Origin: Candidatus Magasanikbacteria bacterium CG10_big_fil_rev_8_21_14_0_10_36_32
GTDB taxonomy: Bacteria > Patescibacteriota > Patescibacteriia > Magasanikbacterales > GWA2-37-8
NCBI GenBank assembly: GCA_002778465.1
Contig: PFBV01000002.1
Coordinates: forward strand, 2,312-66,311
DNA: 64,000 nucleotides
Direction of reading: 5' to 3'
A program made the position numbers and the translations under genes. Numbering within the stretch: position 1 is the first letter of the stretch; each line of letters starts with the position of its first letter. Positions 49,628-58,875 of this stretch are shown here, one piece after another. The notes below the pieces were generated by a model. That model worked only from the letters and a program-made list of their open reading frames with translations. It was not told where the DNA came from and made no database searches.

Positions 49628-50293
49628 ATGAAAAAAATCCTGTTTTTATTTGTTGTTTTAACGCTTTGTCTTGCTGGAACAGTTGATGCTCATCAACCAA
49701 GATTGGTATTTGGCGGGAATGTTGTTGATATTAAAAATCCTGAAATATCCCAAGCATTTTACAGCGAGTTAAAAGGAGAGCCGGCTTATTATCAGATAAA
49801 ATCCGATGATTATTTTGATTTTTATGCCAACCTTTTAGTGCCGAACATTAAAGAAATAAAAACTGATGTTTCAGCCGAAGTGACCGATGAAAATGGGGCA
49901 ATAATATTTTTTTTGGATGGTCCAGAACAAAAAGAATGGAAATCTTTTTATGAACCGTTTGCCGGCGATTCATATTTAAAAGGTCCTGAAGCAAAAGTGC
50001 CCGAGGGAGAAAAAATGCTGCCGGGAAATTATCAGATAAAAGTATTCAGTTCTAACAATAATAGCAAGTATGTGTTAGTGGTGGGGGAGAAAGAAAGTTT
50101 TCCTATTACAGAAATTATCAATATGGTTAAAGTGTTGCCAATTTTAAAATCAGATTTTTTTGGAAAACCGCCGTTGTTCGCTTTTTTTAATTTAACCGGA
50201 TTGGTTTTACTGGTTCCATTTGTGGTTTTATTTGGATTGGCGATGGTCGCGATTTTGAAGATAAAAAAACAAAAAAGAAAAAAAGTGGTATAA
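49628..50293 (+). CDS. Secreted protein with C-terminal TM anchor and poly-basic tail
   Basis: Signal peptide; C-terminus FNLTG-TM-KKQKRKK. Confidence 0.5.
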   Translation: MKKILFLFVVLTLCLAGTVDAHQPRLVFGGNVVDIKNPEISQAFYSELKGEPAYYQIKSDDYFDFYANLLVPNIKEIKTDVSAEVTDENGAIIFFLDGPEQKEWKSFYEPFAGDSYLKGPEAKVPEGEKMLPGNYQIKVFSSNNNSKYVLVVGEKESFPITEIINMVKVLPILKSDFFGKPPLFAFFNLTGLVLLVPFVVLFGLAMVAILKIKKQKRKKVV

Positions 50294-50337
50294 TATATTA
50301 AAGTTTTTAAACTTAATAAATTATAAGTTAATTAAGT

Positions 50338-50787
50338 ATGTTAGATGAATCGAAAAAATTTGATTTGCCGGTCGGCATGGGTGATGATATTGATGAAGAT
50401 TTAATGATTTTTTCGTCTTTGAAAAAAGCCGCCGAGTCGGCTGTTTTAGAAGATGGAGATGAGGGGCAATTAACCGTTGATGTGGCGGAAACCGAAACAG
50501 AACTGATTATTGTTTCAACCATGGCCGGAACACCGAAAGATAAAGTTGAATTGCATTTGAACAATGATTTATTGACCATTAAAGGAGAACGAACTCCGCC
50601 GATTTCATCGGAAGCCGCTTATCATTACCATGAATGTTATTGGGGGAAATTTTCCCGCAGTATTGTTTTGCCGGTTGATGTCAGAGCGGATTTGGCCATC
50701 GCTGAATATAAAAACGGCTTGTTGATTGTCCGTCTGCCAAAAATTAAAACTGATCAGTCAATTCCGGTATATATAATAGAAGAGTAA
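50338..50787 (+). CDS. Hsp20/alpha-crystallin family small heat-shock protein
   Basis: Alpha-crystallin domain (LTVDVAETETELIIV...LLIVRLPK). Confidence 0.85.
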   Translation: MLDESKKFDLPVGMGDDIDEDLMIFSSLKKAAESAVLEDGDEGQLTVDVAETETELIIVSTMAGTPKDKVELHLNNDLLTIKGERTPPISSEAAYHYHECYWGKFSRSIVLPVDVRADLAIAEYKNGLLIVRLPKIKTDQSIPVYIIEE

Positions 50788-50799
50788 ATTTGATAAAAT

Positions 50800-52797
50800 A
50801 TGGCCGAAGGTGCAATTAAAAAAATCGCGGAAAAAATACAGCTTATTCCAGCCAGGAAAAATAATTGGAAAACCGTCGTAATAATATTGGCGGTTGTTTT
50901 TGGTTTATTGGCGGTTGTGTTCGGCGTATCAGTCGTTTATTCCAAAACATACGTTGGAAAAGTTTATCCCGGAATTTATCTTGGGCATTATGATTTGTCA
51001 GGTTGGACAGCCGATGATGTAAAAAAGTTTGTTGATAGTTTTAGCCGACGTTTATCTCAGGAAGGATTGGTTTATATGTTTGAGCAAAACGGGCAATCGC
51101 AAAGAGTAGCGGTTAATCCGGCGCTTATTTCCAGCGAAGCGGCCATTGAAACGATTTTTTTAAGCAATAAAGAATTTGCCGGTGAAATTTTAAATATTGG
51201 CAGGGGAGAATCTTTTTGGTTTAAAAAAATGTGGCTGCCGTTGTGGTATAGAATAAAAACGATTCATTTGTCTTTGCCGGTGAAAATTGACCGTCAGAAT
51301 TTTCAAGGGATTATAGAAAACGCGTTAGAGGGATATGTGATTGAACCGCGTGACGCCAATATTCATTTGAGCAGTATTAATCCGTTGGCTTATGAGCTGA
51401 CTTTAGAACAATCAGGTGAAGTTTTTGATTATGAACAAATTATAGATGATACAGTTCAAAAATTATCTGAGCCGTCGCTGGAATCAATCGTTATTTCAAA
51501 ACGGTTGGTTATTCCATCGGTGACAAAAAAAGATTTAGCGGCAGCTGAAGAAAATATTTTAAGGGCGTTTAATTTTGGTCCGGCGATATTATCCCATACC
51601 GATACCGATGCCAAAGAAACTCAAGTTTGGTCGGTTGGTCCGGAATTATTGGTAAAATGGTTAAAACCTGTTTATGATTCCACCGGGAAAATTAAGTTGG
51701 AATTAAAAGAAAAAGAAGTGGGTCAATATTTGGAAAATTTGAGGGTGATTGTTGATCAGCCGGCTGAGGATGCTAAATTTTCAATGGAAAATGGCAAGGT
51801 GAGTGAATTTAAAAATGGTCATTCCGGACGCAGTTTGAATGTGGCTAAAACTTACGGTGAATTAAATAATTTATTTATCAAAATAAGCCAAGGAGAAAAT
51901 GTTGATAAAACAGTTATTAATTTAGCGGTTGACCAAACCGAACCGAAATTGAAATTATCCGATATTAATGATTATGGAATTACCGGAATATTCGGCGTTG
52001 GTACTTCAACTTTTTATGATAGTCATAATAACCGCATTAAAAATATTGCCAACGCAGTTGAACGGTTGAATGGTATAATTATCAAGCCGGGGGAAGAATT
52101 TTCTTCTATTAAATATGCCGGTTCATTTACTGAAGAAAATGGATTTTTACCGGAAGAAATAATCAAAGGCAATAAAATTATTAAAGAAGTCGGAGGAGGA
52201 ATGTGTCAGATTGGCACCACTTTGTTCAGAATGGCCATGAATTCCGGTATGCCGATTACAGAACGAACCAATCATTCTTTGGTGGTTGGTTATTATGCAG
52301 ATCCAATTAATGGAAATCCGGGTACGGACGCTACTTTGTATGAACCAATTTTGGATTTTAAATTTATGAATGATACCGGCGGTTATTTGTTGTTGCAAAC
52401 GGAAATTAATTATAAAAAACAAATGTTGATTTTTACTTTGTGGGGAACACCTGATGGTCGTTCTGGATTTTATAGCCGTCCGATAGTGAGTAAATGGATT
52501 CCAGCCGGTTTGCCGCAAGAAATAAAAACAACCACTTTAAAACCTGGTGAGACAAAATGTCAAAATGCATTTCGTGGCGCGAACGCCAGTTTTACATATA
52601 CTCGGTTTAATCAATCGGGTGAAAAAATTGAACGGGTATTTTCCAGTTATTACCGTCCGTTGCCAAAAATGTGTATGACTGGCATTAGTCCGAATGAATG
52701 CCCTGACGGAAAAACAACTTGTGATATTATTGTTAAAAATACAGCCACCAGTACGCCTTCGGCCACACCGAATTCTCAACCTCTTTTAGCTGACTAG
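50800..52797 (+). CDS. VanW family protein with N-terminal TM helix
   Basis: VanW signature GGGMCQIGTTLFRMAMNSG. Confidence 0.7.
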   Translation: MAEGAIKKIAEKIQLIPARKNNWKTVVIILAVVFGLLAVVFGVSVVYSKTYVGKVYPGIYLGHYDLSGWTADDVKKFVDSFSRRLSQEGLVYMFEQNGQSQRVAVNPALISSEAAIETIFLSNKEFAGEILNIGRGESFWFKKMWLPLWYRIKTIHLSLPVKIDRQNFQGIIENALEGYVIEPRDANIHLSSINPLAYELTLEQSGEVFDYEQIIDDTVQKLSEPSLESIVISKRLVIPSVTKKDLAAAEENILRAFNFGPAILSHTDTDAKETQVWSVGPELLVKWLKPVYDSTGKIKLELKEKEVGQYLENLRVIVDQPAEDAKFSMENGKVSEFKNGHSGRSLNVAKTYGELNNLFIKISQGENVDKTVINLAVDQTEPKLKLSDINDYGITGIFGVGTSTFYDSHNNRIKNIANAVERLNGIIIKPGEEFSSIKYAGSFTEENGFLPEEIIKGNKIIKEVGGGMCQIGTTLFRMAMNSGMPITERTNHSLVVGYYADPINGNPGTDATLYEPILDFKFMNDTGGYLLLQTEINYKKQMLIFTLWGTPDGRSGFYSRPIVSKWIPAGLPQEIKTTTLKPGETKCQNAFRGANASFTYTRFNQSGEKIERVFSSYYRPLPKMCMTGISPNECPDGKTTCDIIVKNTATSTPSATPNSQPLLAD

Positions 52798-52829
52798 CTG
52801 TGTTGGCAGGATAATTTAAACTAAAAAAC

Positions 52830-52861
52830 AAACCACCCCGCATTATTTTGCGGGGTGGTTT
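52830..52861. terminator. Hairpin terminator (stronger on the minus strand)
   Basis: AAACCACCCCGCA-TTATTT-TGCGGGGTGGTTT; the U-tract lies on the minus strand (GTTTTTTAG). Confidence 0.5.
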
Positions 52862-53095
52862 AATTGATATTGGGGGAATGAACCCCCTAGAGTTCCGTAT
52901 TCAAGAAGATGTGTCAAAGGTGGAGATAAGCCGTGGCCTATGCAGACCGTTAACACATCCCCATGCTTGTGGTGAATACGGGAAATTGCTCGTTTTTTCT
53001 CGTTAAAAGGGGCAATTTCTCGTATTCTTACAGCATTGGATGTCCGTAGATTTTCAAACAACAAAGTATTGTATCACATCTAAATCATTTTGTCA

Positions 53096-53212
53096 ACCCC
53101 GTTAGAAAAGCCAATTGAAAAATTTTAGTAATCTTAGCCTAAAAATTGAATAATACCCTGTGGATAAACCTTTAGAAAAGCATCTTTTCGTGGAATAATT
53201 TTCTAACGGGGT
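53096..53212. repeat. Perfect 14-bp inverted-repeat pair enclosing ~90 bp with no ORF; same core as the GIY-YIG element IRs
   Basis: ACCCCGTTAGAAAA (53096-53109) against TTTTCTAACGGGGT (53199-53212); the core ACCCCGTTAGA is shared with the IRs at 14842/15128. Confidence 0.45.
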
Positions 53213-53221
53213 CAAGCCCGA

Positions 53222-53241
53222 CCTGCCTGCCGGCAGGCAGG
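53222..53241. repeat. 20-bp perfect palindrome CCTGCCTGCCGGCAGGCAGG within a ~80-bp GC-rich hairpin cluster
   Basis: The same palindrome (one mismatch) sits inside the tRNA 5' fragment at 47242-47261; local GC exceeds 65% against a ~35% background. Confidence 0.45.
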
Positions 53242-53421
53242 CGTAAAAAAGTCGGGGTCCCGACCCCCCAAAGGGGCGTCGGGAGGGATCAATTTAGTCA
53301 TTTTTTGGTTTAAACTGGGGAAAAATATTATTTTTGGCTAATGTTAGGGTTAAAATCTGTATTATCCGTATTTTGTTTATTAATTCAAGTCAATGTGTTA
53401 ATTTTATTTATTTTTATTTCA

Positions 53422-53452
53422 GAATAAAACAAAAACCCCGCATTTACGGGGT
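53422..53452 (-). terminator. Rho-independent terminator for the small minus-strand gene
   Basis: ACCCCG-CATTTA-CGGGGT hairpin with a U-tract on the minus strand. Confidence 0.5.
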
Positions 53453-53473
53453 TTGAAGAACAATAAAGGTATT

Positions 53474-53632
53474 TTATTTGCGATTGTGTATGATGTTATA
53501 GAAAAATTCAGCGCTGACTGCGCCAAGGGCTATACCAAACAGAATACCAATCGCGCCCAATGAATTTTTGAATAAGAATCCGATGACTCCTCCGGCCACA
53601 GCTCCAATGAGCATAATTGATTTGTCCAACAT
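53474..53632 (-). CDS. Small membrane protein, tentatively GlsB/YeaQ/YmgE-like
   Basis: 52 aa, Gly-rich TM helices; an AAGGAG SD lies 7 nt upstream of the ATG (MLDKS). The longer ORF-track start is rejected. Confidence 0.45.
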   Translation of the reverse strand: MLDKSIMLIGAVAGGVIGFLFKNSLGAIGILFGIALGAVSAEFFYNIIHNRK

Positions 53633-53715
53633 TATTTGTCTCCTTGGTTTTGGTTGCGTATTAAAAAGAACATTGTTCAAAAGATAGCATTTTTATATAG
53701 ATGTGTCAATTATAG

Positions 53716-53751
53716 ATAAAAACAAAAAACCACTCCGTTTACTGAGTGGTT
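53716..53751 (-). terminator. Rho-independent terminator of clpP
   Basis: AACCACTC-loop-GAGTGGTT hairpin with a U-tract on the minus strand. Confidence 0.55.
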
Positions 53752-53763
53752 TTAATTTGAATC

Positions 53764-54387
53764 TTACTCAATAATTTTATCTATCAAACCGTATTTTTTA
53801 GCTTCAGTCGGATTGATGAAATAATCACGGTCAGTATCTTTTTCAATTGTCGGCATCGGCTGTCCGGTATGTTTGGCTAAAATTTTATTCAAACGATCTT
53901 TCATTTTAATAATTCTTTCCGCATGGATTTTAATGTCGCTGGCTTGACCTTCCATCCCACCCATCACTTGATGAATCATTACTTCGGCGTTTGGCAGAGC
54001 TAATCGTTTTCCTTTGGCGCCAGCGGCCAAAAGAACGGCGGCCATGCTGGCGGCCATACCGACACAAATTGTGCTGACATCGGATTTAAGAAATTGCATT
54101 GTGTCATAAATCGCCATGCCGGAAGTGACTGAACCGCCTGGAGAATTAATATATAGTTTAATGTCTTTGTCAGGATTTTGATTATCCAAAAATAGCATTT
54201 GAGCGATAACTAAATTAGCCACCGCGTCATCAATCGGTCCACCAAGAAAAATAATTCTGTCTTGTAATAAACGGGAAAAAATATCAAACGACCGTTCGCC
54301 ATAGCTGGTTTTTTCCACCACGATAGGAACGAGATGTTGAGCTTGTGGCATTTTTTGGGAAATAGTTGTATTTTCTTCTTGTGTCAT
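53764..54387 (-). CDS. clpP: ATP-dependent Clp protease proteolytic subunit
   Basis: Strong similarity to ClpP ([11 protein letters not shown]...[18 protein letters not shown]...). Confidence 0.92.
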   Translation of the reverse strand: MTQEENTTISQKMPQAQHLVPIVVEKTSYGERSFDIFSRLLQDRIIFLGGPIDDAVANLVIAQMLFLDNQNPDKDIKLYINSPGGSVTSGMAIYDTMQFLKSDVSTICVGMAASMAAVLLAAGAKGKRLALPNAEVMIHQVMGGMEGQASDIKIHAERIIKMKDRLNKILAKHTGQPMPTIEKDTDRDYFINPTEAKKYGLIDKIIE

Positions 54388-54428
54388 ACGTTTTTAATTT
54401 ATATTATAAGTTTAATTTTATATTATTT

Positions 54429-55388
54429 TTAATCCAAAGTCAAAATACGGTTTAAAACTTCTTCAATTGTTCCGTCGGCCGTAAATCCGGCAGCTTTTTT
54501 ATGTCCGCCGCCGCCAAGTTTTCTAGCAATGGACGATACATCCACTGTGTTGCCTGTTGTGCGAAGATTACCTTTTATTTTATTGTCTGGAATTTCTCTC
54601 AACATTAAAGCAATTTGCGTGTTGCTTAAAATATTTAAAAAATTAGAAATGCCGTCGCCGTCTTCTTCGGCCGCGCCGCATTTTTTAAAATCTTCCAAAG
54701 TTAAATAAGTGTGGGCTAAATCCATTTTTTCATTTTTAGTTAGACGAGCTAAAGCAATGCCCCACAGTTTTAAGGAATTGATGGTTTTTTCTTTTTGAGT
54801 GTAATAATAAATTAAATTGAAATTTGCGCCTAAACGAACCAAATCGCCGGCAATAGTGAAAGAATCGGGAGAAGTGCCGCCATTAGTGAAGTTGTCCGTA
54901 TCGGTGATTAAACCGGACAGAAGAGCGGTAGCCATAGACGGACTGATGCGAATGCGATTGTGTTGAAAAAATTGATAAAGAACTTCAGCGGTTGCAGCCG
55001 CTTTTTTCATTACCATATTATAATGGCCGTAATTTTCATTGGTAGCATGATGATCAATGTTGATTATCGTCGCCGGATGATTATGAATAAATTCAGCAAT
55101 GCCCGCATAATGTAAATCCCCGCAATCCATCACTACAATTAAATCAATTTTTCGGTCGTTGAATAATTCAGTATTATTTTCCAATTGTGGAAAATTCGGC
55201 AGGAATTTTAATCTTGGGCTGGCCGGTGTCACACAAAAAATAGTTGGCGAATGGCCAAGATTGGTTAAATGTTCCAATAAAGCGTTGGCTGAACCTAAAG
55301 TATCTCCATCCGGATGAGGGTGGGTGACAATTACGATTTTATTGGCTTTTTCCATTTCCTGTTGAATTTGTTTGGCTATGCGTTGCAT
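54429..55388 (-). CDS. nrnA: DHH-family phosphoesterase NrnA-like (oligoribonuclease / pAp phosphatase)
   Basis: DHH motif (IDHHATNENYG), DHHA1 GGGGH motif, and an N-terminal HPHPDGD. Confidence 0.8.
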   Translation of the reverse strand: MQRIAKQIQQEMEKANKIVIVTHPHPDGDTLGSANALLEHLTNLGHSPTIFCVTPASPRLKFLPNFPQLENNTELFNDRKIDLIVVMDCGDLHYAGIAEFIHNHPATIINIDHHATNENYGHYNMVMKKAAATAEVLYQFFQHNRIRISPSMATALLSGLITDTDNFTNGGTSPDSFTIAGDLVRLGANFNLIYYYTQKEKTINSLKLWGIALARLTKNEKMDLAHTYLTLEDFKKCGAAEEDGDGISNFLNILSNTQIALMLREIPDNKIKGNLRTTGNTVDVSSIARKLGGGGHKKAAGFTADGTIEEVLNRILTLD

Positions 55389-55740
55389 GATAAATGAAAG
55401 TCAAATGTCAAAATTCAAATGTCAAAACTTTGGTATCCGTATGGCGGATTATTTTTTATGATAAATTATCGTAAAACGACCCTGTAATTTTGATTTTTGA
55501 TTTTTGCATTTTGAGTTTAACAAATTATTATATCCCTCTTGTTCATTATTGTCAAGATATGTTATAATTATGGGTATAAAATGGCTGTTAGCAGCAAATA
55601 CAGGCGAGTAAAATTAACAAATAAATTTTTTATATTTTCACGCCAAAAAAGTTTATTTTGCCTGGTATTGTGAAGTTTTTTCAGTTTTAATAAAATTTTA
55701 TCCGCAAATTATCCTGCGGTCTCTGTTTTAGGGGTTTACT

Positions 55741-58700
55741 ATGTATTTAAAGCGTTTAGAAATTCAAGGTTTTAAGTCCTTTGCCAGCAGGACTGTTTTA
55801 GAATTTTTACCGCCTAAAAATGGAAGTTTAGGAGTAACGGCAGTAGTCGGTCCTAACGGTTCAGGTAAATCAAATATTTCCGATGCTATTCGTTGGGCGA
55901 TGGGTGAACAGAGTTTAAAAGTTTTGCGCGGGAAAAAAAGTGACGATGTTATTTTTAATGGTTCGGAAACAAAAAGCCGGTTGGGTATGGCTGAAGTTTC
56001 TTTGATTTTAGACAATACCGACGGAAAAATTTATAAAGAATATCCCGAGATAATAATTACTCGTCGTGTTTATCGCCAAGGCGAAGGAGAATATTTGATT
56101 AATAATAATGCGGCTCGGCTTTTTGATATTCATTTGGTTTTAGCGCAGTTGCAATGCGCTGGAAATTCATATGGTATTGTTGGACAAGGTATGATTGATC
56201 AAATGTTAGTTGCTACGCCGGCTGAGCGCAAAGAATTTTTAGATGAAGCTTCGGGAATTAAAGAATTTCAAATTAAACGCCATCAAGCCGCTTTGAAATT
56301 GAATCGGACTTCGGAAAATATTATTCAAGCTGAACGGTTGATACAGGAAGTTGAACCAAGATTAAGATTATTGTCACGCCAAGTTAAAAAATTGGAAAAA
56401 CGGCAAGAAGTGGAGTTGCAGTTAAGAGAGTCTCAGGAAAAATATTTTAATTCAATCTTTCATCGCAATAAAAATGAAGCCGATGAGATTAGTACTGCTT
56501 TGTCGGCGGTGGAAAAGAAATATGAAGTGGCTAAACAAGAATTGGAGAAAATTCAAAATGAATTAAGCCAGCATGCTCGGGCGGCCGGACGGCAGGAAGT
56601 TTTTGCCGGTTTGCAGGATGATTATCGTATCGCTCAACATGAAAAAAATGAATTAGCGAGGCAAATGATGATGTTGGAAGGGCAAATGCATACTGAATAT
56701 AGTCAGCGCGGACAGCAAAATATCGGTTGGTTGGAAAATAAAATTAATGATTTAAAATTTCAAACTGAAAAAATATCCGGTCAATGTCGTTCTTTGGAAG
56801 AGGAAAATAAAAAAATCAATGAAGAATTGACTCAACAACGGAAGAAGTTGGATAAAATGTCATCTGATAAAGCGGAAAAAATGGTTAAAATTTCGCGTTG
56901 GCAAAATCAGTTGATGGAAGGACAATCAGAACAGAATTTTTTGCAGTTAAGCGGTTTAACCACTATTAAATCAATTTTGGAAGCCAAAGGCAGTTTAGGA
57001 AAAATTTATGGCGTGGTGGCCAGTTTGGCTGAAGCAGATTTACAATATTGTTTGGCTTTGGATGTGGCTGCCGGTTCACGCCTTTCGTCCATCGTGGTTG
57101 ATGATGACGAAGTTGCTCGTTTGGCGATTAATTATTTGCGTGAAAAAAGATTGGGTGTGGCAACATTTTTACCGTTAAATAAAATTACTGAAAGAGAATT
57201 GTCGCCGGAAATGGAGATTTTAAAGAAAGAGCCGGATGTCGTCGGCTGGGCGATTGATTTATTAAAATTTGAAAATAAATTTAGGAATATTTTTTCTTTT
57301 ATTTTGGGAGATACATTGGTTGTAAAAGATTTACAGGCGGCTAAGCGTATTGGTATTGGCCGAATTAGGATGGTGACATTGGAAGGTGATTTGGTGGAAA
57401 GAAATGGCGTAATGAGAGGCGGTTATCGACAATTTAAAAAATACAGCCTTAGTTTCGCCGCTAAATTTTCTTTAAGCAGCGAGGATAGAATGAAAGAATA
57501 TCAAACACAGCTAACTTTGGAACAGCAGGGATTGTTGGAAATTGATAGAGAAATGGATGTTGTAAAACGCGCTATTGGAGAAAGTGAAGCTCAGAATCAG
57601 GCGAAACGAGCCAAGCTTGATTTGTTGAATGAAGAAATTCAAAAAAATGATAAGGAAAAATCATCTTTGGAACGCGATTTGTCACTTTTACAATTAACAC
57701 CGGAAGAGCATGGTGAACATTTGGTTAAGTTGGCTGGCGATAAAGAAAAATTAATGAAAGAAATTGGACAAGCTGACCAAAAATTGGCGGAATTGGATAA
57801 AAAAATAAGCGAATTTAATGAAGATGAAGAAAAGAAAAAACAGCGTGTTTTTTCTTTGCAAAATGAAATGAATTCCAAACAAGATGAATTAAATCATTTA
57901 ACTTCCGATCGCAATGATTATCGTGTGGCTTTGGCAAAAATTGAAACAAAGCAGGAAGCTTTGAACGAAGAAGTGAATACTGATTTAAATACTTCCATAA
58001 TGTCTATCGTGGAACGCAATTTGGAAATTGTTCCGACAGCGCAATTGGAAGAATTGGCCGCTGAATTGCAAAAATTAAAATATCAGCTAAGTTTAATTGG
58101 CAGTATTGATGAAGAAGTAATTCAAGAACATGAGCAAACAAAAGAAAGATATGATTTTCTGTCTAATCAGTTGATTGATTTAAAAACCGCGATTGAAAAT
58201 TTGGAAAAAATGGTGGAAGATTTGGATGATTTGATGAAAACAAAACGAGCGGTGGCTTTCAAAAAAATTAGAAAAGAATTTGATCGTTATTTTAAAATTT
58301 TGTTTGAAGGCGGCAGCGCGAATTTGGAAGAAATTTATACGGAAGAAAAAGATGAAGAATTGGAGATTGGTAATGAAGGAGAAATGGAAATTCCTCCGGA
58401 AATTCCGACGTCAAGAAAGAAAGAAAAAGTGTTGGTTGGAATTGATGTTTTGGCTAATCCGCCGGGTAAGAAAATTAAAAGTATAAATGCGTTATCTGGA
58501 GGAGAACGCACTTTAACCTCAATCGCTTTAATTTGCGCCGTGTTGAATTATAATCCGTCACCATTTGTTGTTTTGGATGAAGTGGAAGCGGCTTTGGATG
58601 AAGCTAACACCCTGCGGTTTACTAAGATTTTGGCGGAATTGGCGACTAAATCTCAATTCATTATTATTACTCATAATCGCGTCACTATGCATTCTGCTGA

Positions 58701-58788
58701 TGCGCTTTATGGTGTGACAATGAGCAGTGAAGGTATTTCCAGATTGTTAAGTGTGAAGATGGAAGATGTACCGCAATATTCCAAATAG
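55741..58788 (+). CDS. smc: Chromosome segregation protein SMC (compact, 1,015 aa)
   Basis: N-terminal Walker A (GPNGSGKSN), coiled coils, hinge region, C-terminal signature motif LSGGERTLTS and Walker B VLDEVEAALD. Confidence 0.88.
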   Translation: MYLKRLEIQGFKSFASRTVLEFLPPKNGSLGVTAVVGPNGSGKSNISDAIRWAMGEQSLKVLRGKKSDDVIFNGSETKSRLGMAEVSLILDNTDGKIYKEYPEIIITRRVYRQGEGEYLINNNAARLFDIHLVLAQLQCAGNSYGIVGQGMIDQMLVATPAERKEFLDEASGIKEFQIKRHQAALKLNRTSENIIQAERLIQEVEPRLRLLSRQVKKLEKRQEVELQLRESQEKYFNSIFHRNKNEADEISTALSAVEKKYEVAKQELEKIQNELSQHARAAGRQEVFAGLQDDYRIAQHEKNELARQMMMLEGQMHTEYSQRGQQNIGWLENKINDLKFQTEKISGQCRSLEEENKKINEELTQQRKKLDKMSSDKAEKMVKISRWQNQLMEGQSEQNFLQLSGLTTIKSILEAKGSLGKIYGVVASLAEADLQYCLALDVAAGSRLSSIVVDDDEVARLAINYLREKRLGVATFLPLNKITERELSPEMEILKKEPDVVGWAIDLLKFENKFRNIFSFILGDTLVVKDLQAAKRIGIGRIRMVTLEGDLVERNGVMRGGYRQFKKYSLSFAAKFSLSSEDRMKEYQTQLTLEQQGLLEIDREMDVVKRAIGESEAQNQAKRAKLDLLNEEIQKNDKEKSSLERDLSLLQLTPEEHGEHLVKLAGDKEKLMKEIGQADQKLAELDKKISEFNEDEEKKKQRVFSLQNEMNSKQDELNHLTSDRNDYRVALAKIETKQEALNEEVNTDLNTSIMSIVERNLEIVPTAQLEELAAELQKLKYQLSLIGSIDEEVIQEHEQTKERYDFLSNQLIDLKTAIENLEKMVEDLDDLMKTKRAVAFKKIRKEFDRYFKILFEGGSANLEEIYTEEKDEELEIGNEGEMEIPPEIPTSRKKEKVLVGIDVLANPPGKKIKSINALSGGERTLTSIALICAVLNYNPSPFVVLDEVEAALDEANTLRFTKILAELATKSQFIIITHNRVTMHSADALYGVTMSSEGISRLLSVKMEDVPQYSK

Positions 58789-58875
58789 TAAAAATTTGGC
58801 TAAAATAAGGAATTTTGACATTATTCATAATTTTTTATATTATAAACACACAGTCTAAATCAAAAATATATTTAT

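Noticed and set aside
52843-53064. 73-aa minus-strand ORF from the six-frame track
   Set aside because: No SD, its stop codon lies inside a terminator hairpin, and it shows no compositional coding signal. Treated as part of a possible ncRNA or non-coding spacer instead.
53211-53290. GC-rich segment considered as an SRP (4.5S) RNA or tRNA-like gene
   Set aside because: It lacks the conserved SRP domain IV sequence (GGAAGGAAGCAGC-type) and any tRNA cloverleaf. It is kept as an unexplained palindrome/hairpin cluster rather than called as a known ncRNA.
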